From Actinomycetota bacterium (GTDB lineage Bacteria; Actinomycetota; UBA4738; HRBIN12), in assembly GCA_035463115.1 (NCBI GenBank), contig DATHTO010000020.1, positions 9,316 to 73,315 on the forward strand: 64,000 bases of DNA, in the 5' to 3' direction. Of the stretch, positions 21,769 through 32,549 are shown piece by piece. The notes below the pieces were generated by a model, which did no database searches, had not been told where the DNA came from, and saw only the letters and a list, made by a program, of their open reading frames with translations. The position numbers were made by a program, and so were the translations under genes. Positions within the stretch are counted from its first letter, which is position 1, and the number at the start of each line of letters is the position of its first letter.

Positions 21769-23016
21769 CTACCCGCCGCGCGGGACCGCCGGGTCCGCGG
21801 GATCGGGGTCGGCTGAGCCGGGCGACGACGCCGCCTCCTGCGTCACGTCGGCGTTGCCGTTGCCGTTGCGGCGGACCGCGAGCCGCGGCAGGACCGTCGC
21901 CAGGAAGAGCGCCACGGCCGCCACCAGGATGAGGCCGACCTGGAGCCGGCCGTCGATCAGCCCGACGGCCAGGGCGCTGCCCGCGATCAGCACGCTCCAC
22001 AGGTACATCAGCAGGACGGCCTGCCGGTGGCTGTGGCCCACGTCCATCAGCCGGTGATGGAGGTGTTCCTTGTCGGGGTGGCCGATCGACTGCCGCCGGC
22101 GGGTCCGCCTCACGATCGCCGCGACGACGTCGAGGAACGGGATGAACAGGGCGAGCAGGGGCACCAGGACGGGGCCCGCGATCGCGGCGAAGTCGCCGGA
22201 CGACGGAGGGTAGGGATTGCGTCCCACGCCCGAGATCGTCGCGACCGCGAGCAAGAGACCGAGGAGCATCGAGCCCGTGTCGCCCATGAAGATCTTGGCG
22301 GGGTGGAAGTTCCACGGCAGGAAGCCGACGCAGATCCCGGCGGTCACGGCGGCGAGCAGGGCGGGCTCCGAGGCCGTTCCGAAGTAGCTGTCGCCGTTCA
22401 CCATGTACGCGAAGAACGCGCCGGCCGCGATCGCGACCATGCCCGCTGCGAGGCCGTCCAGGCCGTCGATCAGGTTCACCGCGTTCACGATCGCGACGAC
22501 CCACAGGATCGTCAGCGGGGTCCCGAGACCGCCGGAGAGGACGACGGTCTGCCCCCACGTCTCGCCCGCCGGATCGCTCACGAACGGGACCCACAGCCAC
22601 GCGAGCTCGACGCCGAGCAGCACGAGCACGCCTCCGATGAAGATCTGGGCCGTCAGCTTCGTGAGCGGCAGGACGCCCTTCGCGTCGTCGACGAGTCCGA
22701 GCGCGACGATCAACGTCGCCGTCACGACCGTGGCGAGCGGATCGGACCTCGCCTCGTGCACCTCGCGGAAGAACGGCAGGGCGTAGGACACCGCGAGCCC
22801 CGCGAGGAGCCCGAGATACATCGCGAGCCCGCCGAGGGTCGGGAGGGGGCGGGTGTGGACCGTCCGGTCACCGGGCTGATAGATCGCGCCCGTCCTGATC
22901 GCGAGCACCCGGACGAGAGGGGTCGCCACGACCGTGACCGCGGCGGCGGCGACGAAGACGATCAGGTACGCGGACACGTCGCCGGAAAGCATGGGACCCG
23001 GTCGCCCCGTCGGCAA
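21769..23016 (-). CDS. wecA: UDP-GlcNAc:undecaprenyl-phosphate GlcNAc-1-phosphate transferase (GT4 WecA/Rfe/TagO)
   Basis: MraY/WecA motifs NAVNLIDGLDGLA and DTGS. Sits directly upstream of the atp operon, as Rv1302 does in M. tuberculosis. Confidence 0.85.
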   Translation of the reverse strand: MPTGRPGPMLSGDVSAYLIVFVAAAAVTVVATPLVRVLAIRTGAIYQPGDRTVHTRPLPTLGGLAMYLGLLAGLAVSYALPFFREVHEARSDPLATVVTATLIVALGLVDDAKGVLPLTKLTAQIFIGGVLVLLGVELAWLWVPFVSDPAGETWGQTVVLSGGLGTPLTILWVVAIVNAVNLIDGLDGLAAGMVAIAAGAFFAYMVNGDSYFGTASEPALLAAVTAGICVGFLPWNFHPAKIFMGDTGSMLLGLLLAVATISGVGRNPYPPSSGDFAAIAGPVLVPLLALFIPFLDVVAAIVRRTRRRQSIGHPDKEHLHHRLMDVGHSHRQAVLLMYLWSVLIAGSALAVGLIDGRLQVGLILVAAVALFLATVLPRLAVRRNGNGNADVTQEAASSPGSADPDPADPAVPRGG

Positions 23017-23044
23017 CCGGGCCCCGTGCGAGCGTGGTGCGCCC

Positions 23045-24310
23045 TCAGGCGTACACCGGGAAGCGCTGCATCAGGTCGCGCACCCGGTTCCGCGCCTTGT
23101 CCTTCACCCCCGCATCGTCGGCGTCCTTCAGCACGTCACCGATGATGCTCGCGATCTCGCGCATCTCCGCTTCGTCCATGCCGAGCGTCGACACGCCGGG
23201 GGTTCCGATGCGCACGCCGCTCGGCGCCGACGGCGGGTTCGGGTCGTAAGGGATTTGGTTCTTGTTGAGCGCGATGCCGACCTCGTCGAGCACGGTCTCG
23301 GCGCGCTTGCCGTCGAGGCCGGCGTCACGGACGTCGGCGAGCAGCAGATGCGAGTCGGTGCCGCCGGACACGATCCGCAGGCCCTCGTCAGCGAGCGCCG
23401 CCGAGATCGCGCGGGCGTCGCGTACGGTGCGCTCGGCGTAGGTCTTGAAGTCGTCGCTCATCGCTTCCTTGAGGCACACGGCCTTACCGGCGATGCAGTG
23501 CTCCAACGGCCCTCCTTGCATCATGGGGAAGACCGCCTTGTCGATCGCCTTCGCGTGCTCGGCCTTGCACAGGATCATCGCGCCGCGCGGGCCGCGGAGC
23601 GCCTTGTGCGTGGTGAACGTCACGACGTCGGCGTGCGGCACCGGACTCGGGTACGCCCCGCCGGCGACGAGGCCGATGAAGTGCGACGCGTCGACCCACA
23701 GCAGCGCGCCGACCTCGTCGGCGATCGAACGGAACGCCCCGAAGTCGATCTCGCGGGGATACGCGGTGTAGCCGGCCAAGATGATCTTCGGCCGCTGCTC
23801 CTTCGCGAGGTCACGGACGCGGTCCATGTCGAGCTGCTCGGTGTCGCGATCGACCTCGTACCCGACGAAGTTGAACCACATGCCCGACACGTTCACGGGG
23901 GAACCGTGCGTGAGGTGCCCACCGTGCGCGAGGACCATCCCCAGGACCTTGTCGTTCGCGTTGCCCGGCTCGAGGAACGCCCCGAAGACGGCCATGTTCG
24001 CCTGCGCGCCGGCGTGCGGCTGCACGTTCGCGTGCTCGGCGCCGAACAGCTCCTTCGCTCGATCGATCGCGAGCTGCTCGCTCACGTCGACGAACTCGCA
24101 ACCGCCGTAGTACCGGCGGCCGGGGTAGCCCTCGGCGTACTTGTTGTTCATCGACGACCCGACCGCCGCGAGGACGGCCGGGCTGGCGTAGTTCTCCGAC
24201 GCGATCAGGCGGAGCGTCGTCCGCTCACGTTCGAGCTCGCTCGCGATCGCGTCGGCGATCTCGGGGTCGGTCGCCTTCAGCGCCTCCCAGTCGGCTGCGT
24301 ACTCCCTCAT
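23045..24310 (-). CDS. glyA: serine hydroxymethyltransferase
   Basis: 421 aa. [14 protein letters not shown]-lysine motif. Strong GGGGAG RBS before the ATG at 24310. Confidence 0.95.
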   Translation of the reverse strand: MREYAADWEALKATDPEIADAIASELERERTTLRLIASENYASPAVLAAVGSSMNNKYAEGYPGRRYYGGCEFVDVSEQLAIDRAKELFGAEHANVQPHAGAQANMAVFGAFLEPGNANDKVLGMVLAHGGHLTHGSPVNVSGMWFNFVGYEVDRDTEQLDMDRVRDLAKEQRPKIILAGYTAYPREIDFGAFRSIADEVGALLWVDASHFIGLVAGGAYPSPVPHADVVTFTTHKALRGPRGAMILCKAEHAKAIDKAVFPMMQGGPLEHCIAGKAVCLKEAMSDDFKTYAERTVRDARAISAALADEGLRIVSGGTDSHLLLADVRDAGLDGKRAETVLDEVGIALNKNQIPYDPNPPSAPSGVRIGTPGVSTLGMDEAEMREIASIIGDVLKDADDAGVKDKARNRVRDLMQRFPVYA

Positions 24311-24756
24311 GGCGTCTCCCCTCGTTCGATGCGGGCGATCTGCTCGATCCGTCGCTCGTGGCGTCCGCCGTCGAAGGGCGTCGCGACCCACTCGCGGACG
24401 ATGTCCTTGGCGTAGGCCGGCGCGACGACGCGTGCGCCCATGCTCAGGACGTTCGCGTCGTTGTGCGCACGCGCCATGCGCGCCATCCACAGGTCGTGAC
24501 AGAGCGCTGCGCGGATCCCGTCGACCTTGTTCGCGGCGATCTGCTCGCCCTGTCCGGAGCCGCCGAGCACGATGCCGCGATCGGCCTCGCCTCCGACGAC
24601 CGCGTCGGCGACGGCGAGGCAGTAGATCGGGTAGTCGACCGGTTCCTCCGAATCCGCGCCGACGTCGAGCACCTCGTGGCCCTCGTCCTCGAGGAACGCG
24701 CGGAGCTCCTTCTTCAGCGCGAAGCCCGCGTGGTCCGAACCGATCGCGACGCGCAC
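24307..24756 (-). CDS. rpiB: ribose-5-phosphate isomerase B
   Basis: 149 aa. [12 protein letters not shown] and [12 protein letters not shown] motifs. ATGA overlap with glyA. Confidence 0.85.
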   Translation of the reverse strand: MRVAIGSDHAGFALKKELRAFLEDEGHEVLDVGADSEEPVDYPIYCLAVADAVVGGEADRGIVLGGSGQGEQIAANKVDGIRAALCHDLWMARMARAHNDANVLSMGARVVAPAYAKDIVREWVATPFDGGRHERRIEQIARIERGETP

Positions 24757-25341
24757 TCAGGCCTCCTCGCGCTGGGCCGGCACCGGCACGGGTCCGGCGA
24801 GCCCCTCGGCCAGCCGCTCGGTCCACTCGTCGAGCTCCCACGCGATCGCGCGGTAGCTGTCGAGCGGCATCCCGAGGGGATCCGCGACGTCGTCGTCGAG
24901 CGGGTTGCCCGTGAAGCCCTCGCGGCGGCGGGCGGCGGCGGCGGCCACGCGGGTCGCGAGGTCGGGCGCGGCCGTCGGAGGCGCCATCGACTCCACGAGC
25001 CGGACGAGCTCCTTGAGCGTGAACACCCGATCGGCCACCTCGGGCATCCAGGCCGTGATCGCGTCGCGGTGTTCCGAGGCCATCGTGACGATCAGGTCCG
25101 CGGCGTCGACGTGGCTCGCCTCCAGCCGTCGAGCCACGTGGCGTTCGATCTCGACGCCGCGCTCGCGCGCCGCCTCGACCGACTCGGGCATCGCCGCGGA
25201 CCCCTCCCAACCCGCGGTCCCCGCGGAGCTGACGTCGGGGGCATCGCTCCCCAACCGGCGGGCGAGCGCGGCGCGCAGGAGGCCTTCGGCGATCGGGGAA
25301 CGACAGATGTTCCCGGTGCACACGACGAGGATCGAGGTCAT
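24757..25341 (-). CDS. low-molecular-weight protein-tyrosine phosphatase
   Basis: [10 protein letters not shown]-loop (CX5R) and a DP loop. Confidence 0.85.
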   Translation of the reverse strand: MTSILVVCTGNICRSPIAEGLLRAALARRLGSDAPDVSSAGTAGWEGSAAMPESVEAARERGVEIERHVARRLEASHVDAADLIVTMASEHRDAITAWMPEVADRVFTLKELVRLVESMAPPTAAPDLATRVAAAAARRREGFTGNPLDDDVADPLGMPLDSYRAIAWELDEWTERLAEGLAGPVPVPAQREEA

Positions 25342-25979
25342 CGGAGAGGGCCGGAGTCTAGCAGTGGGTCTCCTCCGTCCATGAACCGGCGCACGGCCTC
25401 CGCCGACACCGTCCCCTCGCGCAGGAGACGGGCCGGCGATGTCGTCAGATCGACCACGGACGAGGCGACACCTATCAGCGCCTCGTCGGAACACAGGTAG
25501 ACGTCGACGTCGGCGCCGAACGTGGCCACGAGCTCGTCACACGTGCGGCCGGGGTCCTCGCCGGTCCGGTTCGCGCTCGTGACGGCGAGCGGCCCGGTGC
25601 GGCGGAGGAGCTCCAACGCGAGCGGCTCGTCCGGTACGCGGATCCCGACGGTGTCCCGTCGGTCGCCGAGGTCCCAGCCGCGGCTGCGGTCGGTCCTCGG
25701 CACGATCAGGGTGACCGGGCCCGGCCACCACGTCGCGGCGGCGCGCTCGGCGGTCGCGTCGAGGGCCCCCACCAGCCGCGCGGTCGCCACGTCGGCGACG
25801 AGGATCGGGAGCGTCAGCGAACGCGGGCGCCGCTTCGCGCCGAACAACCGGTCGGTCGCTCCCGGCAGGTCCGGGCGCGCCGCGATCCCGTACACCGTGT
25901 CGGTGGGGAACGCCACGAGCGCGCCGCGCGCCAGCGCGTCGACCGCGTCGTCGACCGGCGTGCGACCCGTCACGGCCAC
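25338..25979 (-). CDS. tsaC: L-threonylcarbamoyladenylate synthase (TsaC/YrdC/Sua5 family)
   Basis: [11 protein letters not shown] and VTSANRTGE motifs. Occupies the position of Rv1301. Confidence 0.8.
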   Translation of the reverse strand: MAVTGRTPVDDAVDALARGALVAFPTDTVYGIAARPDLPGATDRLFGAKRRPRSLTLPILVADVATARLVGALDATAERAAATWWPGPVTLIVPRTDRSRGWDLGDRRDTVGIRVPDEPLALELLRRTGPLAVTSANRTGEDPGRTCDELVATFGADVDVYLCSDEALIGVASSVVDLTTSPARLLREGTVSAEAVRRFMDGGDPLLDSGPLR

Positions 25980-26809
25980 CGGCCCGCGACGACGCGCTCC
26001 CGTCCCGCGAGGTCGCGCTGGATCGTCACGTCGCGGAACCCGGCGCGGGCGGCGGCGTCGGCCACGTCGCCGGCGATCCGGACGTCGACCTCGACGGCGA
26101 CGCCGCCGCCGGCCCGGAGCCAGGCCGCGGCCGCCCCGAACAGGCGCTCGTACCCCGCGAGGTCACCGAACAGGGCGAGCGCCGGATCGGCGAGCACCTC
26201 CCTCGACAGCTGGTCGGCCCACGACGGATCGAGGTACGGAGGGTTGCTGACGACGAGGGCCACCTCGCCGCGGACGTCGGTGTCCAGCGGCGACAGGAGG
26301 TCCCCCTCGCGCACGTCGACGGACAGGCCCAGGCGCGCGGCGTTCGCGCGAGCGAGCGTCACCGCCTCGCGTGACACGTCGGTCGCGATCACGCGGGCGG
26401 CCGGACGCTCGTCGGCGATCGCGAGGGCGACCGCTCCGGTCCCCGTGCCGACGTCGACGACGATCGGAGCCTCGGAGGGATCGGCGTCGAGGACGGCGAG
26501 CGCGACGTCGACGAGCGACTCCGTCTCGGGACGCGGCACGAACACACCCGGCACCACCTCGAGCACGAGCCGCCGGAACCCCGTCTCGCCCGTGAGGTGC
26601 TGGGTCGGCGCTCCCGCACAGCGGCGACACAGCAGGCGCCCGTACGTCCGCGCCTCGGCCGACGAGAGGCCGGCCGCGCGGGCGTAGATCCCGGCACGAT
26701 CGGTGTCGAGCACCGACATCATCAGCTGCTCGGCGGCGACCACCGGGCTGTCGACGTCGTGCCGCGCGAGGTACTCGGCGCCGCGACGGACGACCTCGGC
26801 CGGCCGCAT
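25970..26809 (-). CDS. prmC: release factor glutamine methyltransferase PrmC (HemK)
   Basis: NPPY motif (VSNPPYLD) and SAM motif VVDVGTGTGAVA. The ATG shares one base with the prfA TGA. Confidence 0.85.
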   Translation of the reverse strand: MRPAEVVRRGAEYLARHDVDSPVVAAEQLMMSVLDTDRAGIYARAAGLSSAEARTYGRLLCRRCAGAPTQHLTGETGFRRLVLEVVPGVFVPRPETESLVDVALAVLDADPSEAPIVVDVGTGTGAVALAIADERPAARVIATDVSREAVTLARANAARLGLSVDVREGDLLSPLDTDVRGEVALVVSNPPYLDPSWADQLSREVLADPALALFGDLAGYERLFGAAAAWLRAGGGVAVEVDVRIAGDVADAAARAGFRDVTIQRDLAGRERVVAGRWP

Positions 26810-27909
26810 CAGCCCTCCTGCGCCCCGAGCTGCGCCGTGCGTTCGGCGGCGAGCAACCGGTCGACGAGACCGTCGAGCTCCTCGCCGCCGGCGAGCACGT
26901 CGGCGAGCTGGTGCGAGGTGTGCTTGATCCGATGGTCCGTGACGCGACCCTCGGGGAAGTTGTACGTGCGGATCTTCTCGGCTCGCTCGCCCGTTCCGAG
27001 CTGGGCCTTCCGCGCGGCGGCCTCCTTGGCGCGCGCCTCGTCCTGCGCGATCTGGAACAGCCGGGCGCGGAGGTACCGCATCGCCTTCTCTCGGTTCTGC
27101 AGCTGGGACCGCTCTTCCTGCACCTCGACCTTGATCCCGGTCGGCCGGTGCACGATCCGTACCGCGGAATCGGTCGTGTTCACCGATTGTCCTCCCGGAC
27201 CGCTCGAGCGGTAGACGTCGATCTGGAGATCCTCGGCTCGGAGATCGACCTCGACCTCCTCCGCCTCGGGCATCACCGCGACCGTCGCGGTCGACGTGTG
27301 GATCCGCCCCTGCGACTCGGTGGTCGGCACGCGCTGTACGCGGTGGACGCCCGCCTCGTGCTTCAGCCGTCCGAACGCATCTCTGCCACGGACCTCGACG
27401 CTGATCTCCTTGAACCCGCCGAGCTCCGACGGCGACGTGGCGAGGATTTCCGTCTTCCATCGATGCCGTTCGGCCAGGCGTCGGTACATCTCGAACAGGT
27501 CGCCGGCCCAGAGGGCGGCTTCCTCGCCACCGGTCCCCGCCCGGATCTCGACGATCACGTCCTTGCCCTCGTTCGGATCCTTCGGCACGAGCGCGAGCTC
27601 GATCTCGGCGCGGAGCGCGGCCGCTCGCTCTCCTTGTCGGGTGGCCTCGTCGCCGAAGTAGGCCGACATCTCCGCGTCGGGCTCGACGCCGGCGAGCTCG
27701 CGGGCCTCCGCGGCGGCGCGCGTGGCCTCACGGAACGCCCGGAACGGCGTGACCACCGCCTCGAGCTCGGCGAACCGCCTGCCGAGATCGCGCAGCCTGT
27801 CGGGGTCGCCGGCGACGTCGGGGCTCGCCATCTCGGCCGCGACGGCCTCGTACGCAGCCTCGAGCTCCTCGAGACGGCGATCGAGATCGGGCACGGAAGC
27901 GTCGGTCAT
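26809..27909 (-). CDS. prfA: peptide chain release factor 1
   Basis: GGQ motif (SSGPGGQSVNTT) and PxT-type recognition loop. Confidence 0.95.
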   Translation of the reverse strand: MTDASVPDLDRRLEELEAAYEAVAAEMASPDVAGDPDRLRDLGRRFAELEAVVTPFRAFREATRAAAEARELAGVEPDAEMSAYFGDEATRQGERAAALRAEIELALVPKDPNEGKDVIVEIRAGTGGEEAALWAGDLFEMYRRLAERHRWKTEILATSPSELGGFKEISVEVRGRDAFGRLKHEAGVHRVQRVPTTESQGRIHTSTATVAVMPEAEEVEVDLRAEDLQIDVYRSSGPGGQSVNTTDSAVRIVHRPTGIKVEVQEERSQLQNREKAMRYLRARLFQIAQDEARAKEAAARKAQLGTGERAEKIRTYNFPEGRVTDHRIKHTSHQLADVLAGGEELDGLVDRLLAAERTAQLGAQEG

Positions 27910-27992
27910 CCGTGGATTGTGGCAGCGCGCGCGACCGCGTCGCGGCGTTCGGATCCCTCACGATCGCGCGGCGGGCCGCGCGACGGGCCGGT

Positions 27993-28802
27993 TCAGTCCC
28001 GCGAGCGACCCTCGTCGTCGACGTCGAGGTCGATCGAGGCCAGATCCGGGATGTCGACCTGCTCGCTCGGCGACGGCGAGACCCAGAGGTCTTCGTAGCG
28101 CGGATCGACGGGCGCCTCGTCTCGCGCCGACGCCACGGACGTGGCGAACGCCGGGGCGGACGGCGCGGGATCAGCTGCCGACGTCGGTGCCGCGCCCGAC
28201 GAGGACGTCGTGTCGGCGTCCCCCATCTCGGCCTCGAGCTCGTGCGCGACGGCGAGGAGTCGCGTGCGCATCTGATGCATCTGGTCGACGAGCGAATCGC
28301 GGCGCTGTGACAGGCTCGACAGGAGCCGGTCGGCCTCTTCGCGCGCGCGCACGAGCGCTTCGCTGCCCTGCTGCCGCGCCTCCTCGGCGCGTGCCTGCGC
28401 GTCGACGCGGATCCGGTCTGCCTCGGACCGCGCCTGCTCCATGAGCCTCGTCGCCTCGGCCCGCGCGTCCGACAGGATCCGCTCGGCCTCCTTGTCGGCG
28501 GTCGCGATCAGCGAGGAGAAGCGCTTCGCGAGCGCGTCGTAGGCGTCGTCGGACCCGTGCTGCGTCGTCGCCGTCTCGGTGGCGGCGTCGGCGGTGGACG
28601 CCCCGCCCACGGCGGCCTCGTCGATCTTGGCCCGTCCGAGCTTGGCGTCTCGAACCTCGCGCTCGAGCGTCTCGACCTGGGTGGCGACCTGGTGCAGGTA
28701 GTCACGCACCTGATCGGGGTCGTAGCCCCGGCGGATCGTCGCGAACTCGCGGCGACGGATCTGCTCGGCGCTCGGCAACAGCGGCAGGTCGAGGTCGGTC
28801 AT
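27993..28802 (-). CDS. DivIVA-domain protein with acidic low-complexity C-terminus
   Basis: N-terminal FATIRRGYDPDQVRDYLHQV (DivIVA domain) followed by a coiled coil. Confidence 0.6.
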   Translation of the reverse strand: MTDLDLPLLPSAEQIRRREFATIRRGYDPDQVRDYLHQVATQVETLEREVRDAKLGRAKIDEAAVGGASTADAATETATTQHGSDDAYDALAKRFSSLIATADKEAERILSDARAEATRLMEQARSEADRIRVDAQARAEEARQQGSEALVRAREEADRLLSSLSQRRDSLVDQMHQMRTRLLAVAHELEAEMGDADTTSSSGAAPTSAADPAPSAPAFATSVASARDEAPVDPRYEDLWVSPSPSEQVDIPDLASIDLDVDDEGRSRD

Positions 28803-28879
28803 GGGGAGTCCTCCCTGGGGAACGTTGAGGTCGACATCATCCGCATCCTGCCACGCGGATGCAACGACCGATCCGGTCT

Positions 28880-29941
28880 TCAGCCGGTCGGCGGCCCCGG
28901 CGCCCCGGCCGACGGCTCCGTCGATGGCTCCACCGGACCGGCGGGCGGACCGCCGTCCGGCACGGGACCGACGGGCGTACCCCCGTCCAGCACGGGACCG
29001 ACGGGCGGACCCCGGTCCTCCACGGTCTGGGCGGCATCGGGCCCCGGCACGGACGGCGTCGCGGCCTCCGCCTCACGGCGCAGGACCTCCTCGAACGACG
29101 CGATCGCGATCTCGATCTGATCGTCGTCTGGCTGCTGGGTCGTGATCTTCTGCAGCCAGATGCCGGGGGCCATCAGGGCACGCATCACGAGCGAATCCGG
29201 GAACCGGGCGCCGAGGCGGAGCGCCTCGTACGCGATCGCCGCGATGAGCGGGATCGCGACGATCCTCGACCCCAGACGCCACAGCAGGCCCGGCGTCCCG
29301 AACAAGGTGAACACGAAGATCGTGATGACCATCACGATGATGAGGAAGTTCGTGCCGCACCGGACGTGTTCCTTCGGGAACCGATCGACGCTGCGCGGCT
29401 CGAGCGGCTCGTCGTGCTCGTAGGCGGCGATCGTCTTGTGCTCGGCGCCGTGGTACTCGAAGACGCGATGGATGTCCTTCGTCCGTCCGATGATCCACAG
29501 GTAGCCGACGAACAGCATCACGCGGAAGATGCCTTCGAGGACGTTCACCCAGATGCCGCCGCCGACGGCCCCCTCGAACCACGTGAACAGCGTCGTCGGC
29601 CCGAGGATGAAGATCCCGACGAACAGCACCGCCGCGATCGTGAGCGAGACGGTCACCTGGCGGTTCGAGAGCTGCTCGTCCTCGTCGAGCGACGCGTTCG
29701 CAGCGATCATGAGCGCCCGCACGCCGATCGCGAGGGACTGCCCGAGCACGATGATCCCGCGGAAGCCCGGCTTCCGCCAGATCGGATGACGCTGCTGGAC
29801 CGACCGGATCTCGTGGGACTCGAGATGGATGTCGCCGTCGGGCCTGCGGACGGCGACGGCCCAGTGGTCGGCTCCGCGCATCATCACGCCCTCGACGACG
29901 GCCTGGCCGCCGTAGAGATGCGTGGCGGGCGTGTCGCCCAC
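28880..29941 (-). CDS. DUF1385-family membrane protein with Pro/Gly-rich repetitive tail
   Basis: N-terminal YGGQAVVEGVMMRG is the DUF1385 consensus. C-terminal GPPVGPVLDGGTPVGPVPDGGPPAGPV tail. Confidence 0.65.
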   Translation of the reverse strand: MGDTPATHLYGGQAVVEGVMMRGADHWAVAVRRPDGDIHLESHEIRSVQQRHPIWRKPGFRGIIVLGQSLAIGVRALMIAANASLDEDEQLSNRQVTVSLTIAAVLFVGIFILGPTTLFTWFEGAVGGGIWVNVLEGIFRVMLFVGYLWIIGRTKDIHRVFEYHGAEHKTIAAYEHDEPLEPRSVDRFPKEHVRCGTNFLIIVMVITIFVFTLFGTPGLLWRLGSRIVAIPLIAAIAYEALRLGARFPDSLVMRALMAPGIWLQKITTQQPDDDQIEIAIASFEEVLRREAEAATPSVPGPDAAQTVEDRGPPVGPVLDGGTPVGPVPDGGPPAGPVEPSTEPSAGAPGPPTG

Positions 29942-29947
29942 GCTCGG

Positions 29948-30181
29948 CTAGCCCCGCTGCTTCGCGGCAGCCTGAGCGCGCTGCGACTTCTCGTAGCGGC
30001 GCTGGAACCGCTCCACGCGGCCACCCGTGTCCACGAGCTTCTGCTTGCCGGTGTAGAAGGGGTGGCAGTTCGAGCAGATGTCTGAGCGGATCTCGCTCAC
30101 GGTGGACCGTGTCTGGAACGTGTTGCCGCAGGAACAGTGGACGTTCGCGATCTGGTACTCGGGATGGATGCCTTGCTTCAT
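29948..30181 (-). CDS. rpmE: 50S ribosomal protein L31 (zinc-binding type)
   Basis: 77 aa with CxCG...[10 protein letters not shown]. Confidence 0.9.
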   Translation of the reverse strand: MKQGIHPEYQIANVHCSCGNTFQTRSTVSEIRSDICSNCHPFYTGKQKLVDTGGRVERFQRRYEKSQRAQAAAKQRG

Positions 30182-30205
30182 CGGTCGTCGTCTCCTCGGC
30201 GGGTG

Positions 30206-30224
30206 TGGCCGCCAGGGTAGCGGC
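30206..30224 (-). terminator. stem-loop GGCCGC-n7-GCGGCC between the rho stop and rpmE start
   Basis: 6-bp GC stem read from the sequence. No U-tract follows, which is common in high-GC genomes. Confidence 0.3.
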
Positions 30225-30258
30225 CTGCACCCTTTCCAACGTCGCGGTATTCCGGTCC

Positions 30259-31863
30259 TTAGCTCCCGGCCGGCGCCTTCGCGATCTCCTTCAGGAACTG
30301 CTCGTTCGACTTCGTCGACCGCAGCTTGTCGATCAACAGCTCGAGGGCCGCGCCGGGCTCGAGCGCGTGGAGCACGCGACGCAGCTTGATCACCAGCGCG
30401 AGCTCCTCGGGCGGCAGCAACAGCTCCTCCTTTCGCGTGCCCGACGCGTCGACGTTGATCGCCGGGAACAACCGCTTCTCGGAGAGCTGCCGATCGAGCC
30501 GGAGCTCCATGTTGCCGGTGCCCTTGAACTCCTCGAAGATCCCGTCGTCCATCCGCGAGCCCGTTTCGACCAGCGCGCTCGCGATGATCGTCACGGAGCC
30601 GCCCTCCTCGATGTTCCGCGCTGCACCGAAGAACCGGCGCGGCGGGTACAGCGCGGAGGCGTCGATGCCGCCGGTGAGGATCTTGCCCGACGCCGGCATC
30701 CCGAGGTTGTACGCCCGCGCGAGCCGCGTGAGCGAGTCGAGGATGATCGCGACGTCTTGGCCCTGCTCCGCGAGGCGCTTCGCCCGCTCGAGCACGAGCT
30801 CGGTGACCTGGATGTGCTGGTCGGTCGGCTTGTCGAAGGTCGAGTACACGACCTCGGCGGCCGAGACCGTCCGCTGCCAGTCGGTGACCTCCTCGGGACG
30901 CTCGTCCACGAGCAGCACCATGACGTGGGTGTCGGGAGCCGACGCGATGATCCCGTTCGCGATCTGCTTCAAGATCGTGGTCTTGCCCGCCTTCGGAGGC
31001 GACACGACCATGCCGCGCTGACCCTTGCCGATCGGGGCGATCATGTCGATGATCCGCTCGCTCACGGCCGTCGCGCTCGTCTCGAGCCGGAACCGCTCGT
31101 CGGGGAACAACGGGGTCAGCTTGTCGAACTGCGGGCGGTTCTGGGCCTGCTCGGGGTCGACGCCGTTCACCCGGTCGACCGCGAGGAGCGCGGGGTACTT
31201 CTCGTTGTCGCGTGCGCGCCGCGCCTTGCCGCTCACGACGTCGCCCTTGCGGAGGGCGTGCTTGCGGATCTGACCGACCGAGACGTAGATGTCGTCGGGG
31301 CCGGGGAGGTAGCCGCTCGTGCGGAGGAACCCGTAGCCCTCCGGCAGCATGTCGAGGATGCCCTCCTGCGACGGCGCGTTCGCGAGCTCTTCGGCGATCT
31401 GCGCCTCCTCGCGCTGCCGCCGCTCGTCACGCTGACGCCGGCGCTCCTCGCGGGACGGACGGCGGCGCCGGCCTTCGCCGTCGCGGTCACCGCGGGCGTC
31501 AGGGCCGCGGTCGCCGCGGTCACGTCCGCCGTCACGGTCGCCGCGATCGCGTCCGTCACGGTCACCGCGGTCGGTGCGCTCGGGTCGGTCGGTTCGCGTG
31601 GCGGCACCTTCGCCGTTCGCGGCGGGTCGCGCGTCGGGTGGCGTCGTCGCCTCGGTCGCGGTGGTCGTTCCGCCGTTGCTCGCGTCGGCGTCGGCCGGCG
31701 CCGACGACGAGCCGTTGCCGCGCGCGGCGACGATCGCGTCGATCAGTCCGGCCTTCCGCAGCTTCGCCGCGCCTTCGACCCCGAGCGACTGGGCGATCGC
31801 TTGCAGCTCAGGAAGGAGCTTCGTGCCGAGGGACGCTCGGTCGGTGGTGATGTCCGTTGCCAT
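30259..31863 (-). CDS. rho: transcription termination factor Rho with Arg/Asp-rich N-terminal insertion domain
   Basis: P-loop PPKAGKT plus Q/R loops. A ~150-aa RD-rich insert is typical of actinobacterial Rho. Confidence 0.95.
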   Translation of the reverse strand: MATDITTDRASLGTKLLPELQAIAQSLGVEGAAKLRKAGLIDAIVAARGNGSSSAPADADASNGGTTTATEATTPPDARPAANGEGAATRTDRPERTDRGDRDGRDRGDRDGGRDRGDRGPDARGDRDGEGRRRRPSREERRRQRDERRQREEAQIAEELANAPSQEGILDMLPEGYGFLRTSGYLPGPDDIYVSVGQIRKHALRKGDVVSGKARRARDNEKYPALLAVDRVNGVDPEQAQNRPQFDKLTPLFPDERFRLETSATAVSERIIDMIAPIGKGQRGMVVSPPKAGKTTILKQIANGIIASAPDTHVMVLLVDERPEEVTDWQRTVSAAEVVYSTFDKPTDQHIQVTELVLERAKRLAEQGQDVAIILDSLTRLARAYNLGMPASGKILTGGIDASALYPPRRFFGAARNIEEGGSVTIIASALVETGSRMDDGIFEEFKGTGNMELRLDRQLSEKRLFPAINVDASGTRKEELLLPPEELALVIKLRRVLHALEPGAALELLIDKLRSTKSNEQFLKEIAKAPAGS

Positions 31864-31868
31864 CTGGC

Positions 31869-32549
31869 CTATGCCTCTTTCTCGTGCTCGAGCCCACCGA
31901 GGAGCTCGTCCTGCAAGGTCGTCCAATCGGCTCGGAACCGCTCCAAGCCGAGGTCGGTGAGGGGATGCTTCACGAGCTGCGCGAACACGTCGTGGGGCAT
32001 CGTCGCGATGTCGGCGCCGGCGAGGGCCGCGTCGACGATGTGCATCGGGTGTCGGAGCGACGCGGCGAGCACGTTCGTGTCGTACCCCTGGACCGCGTAG
32101 ATGTCGGTGATCTGGCGGAGCGCGTGCATCCCGTCGCTCGCCGCGTCGTCGATGCGTCCGAGGAACGGCGACACGATGTACGCCCCGACCTCGGCCGCGA
32201 GGATCGCCTGCGCCGGCGAGAACACCAGCGTGACGTTGATCTTGATGCCGTCGTCCGTGAGCCGCTTGCCGGCCTCGAGGCCCGCCGGCGTCATCGGCAC
32301 CTTCACGACCGCGTTCGTGCCGAGCTGGGCGAGCGTGACGCCCTGCTCGTACATCGGCCCCGCGTCCTCTTCGGTCGTCTCGAGGGAGACATCGCCGTCG
32401 ACCTCGTCGAGGATCTGCCGCCAGACCTTCTCGGGCTCCTGGCGCTCCTTGCCGACCAAGCTGGGGTTCGTGGTCACGCCGCCGAGGACGCCCCAGCGGT
32501 TGATCTCGCGGATCTCATCGATGCTCGCGGTATCGAGGAACAGCTTCAT
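31869..32549 (-). CDS. tal: transaldolase / fructose-6-phosphate aldolase family (short type)
   Basis: MKLFLDTAS start and the Schiff-base lysine region VKVPMT. AAGGAGG RBS. ATGA overlap with the upstream gene. Confidence 0.85.
   Translation of the reverse strand: MKLFLDTASIDEIREINRWGVLGGVTTNPSLVGKERQEPEKVWRQILDEVDGDVSLETTEEDAGPMYEQGVTLAQLGTNAVVKVPMTPAGLEAGKRLTDDGIKINVTLVFSPAQAILAAEVGAYIVSPFLGRIDDAASDGMHALRQITDIYAVQGYDTNVLAASLRHPMHIVDAALAGADIATMPHDVFAQLVKHPLTDLGLERFRADWTTLQDELLGGLEHEKEA

Noticed and set aside
30259-31863. Rho N-terminal Arg/Asp-rich low-complexity region as a separate gene or insertion element
   Set aside because: It is in frame with the canonical Rho core. It matches the known N-terminal insertion domain of actinobacterial Rho.
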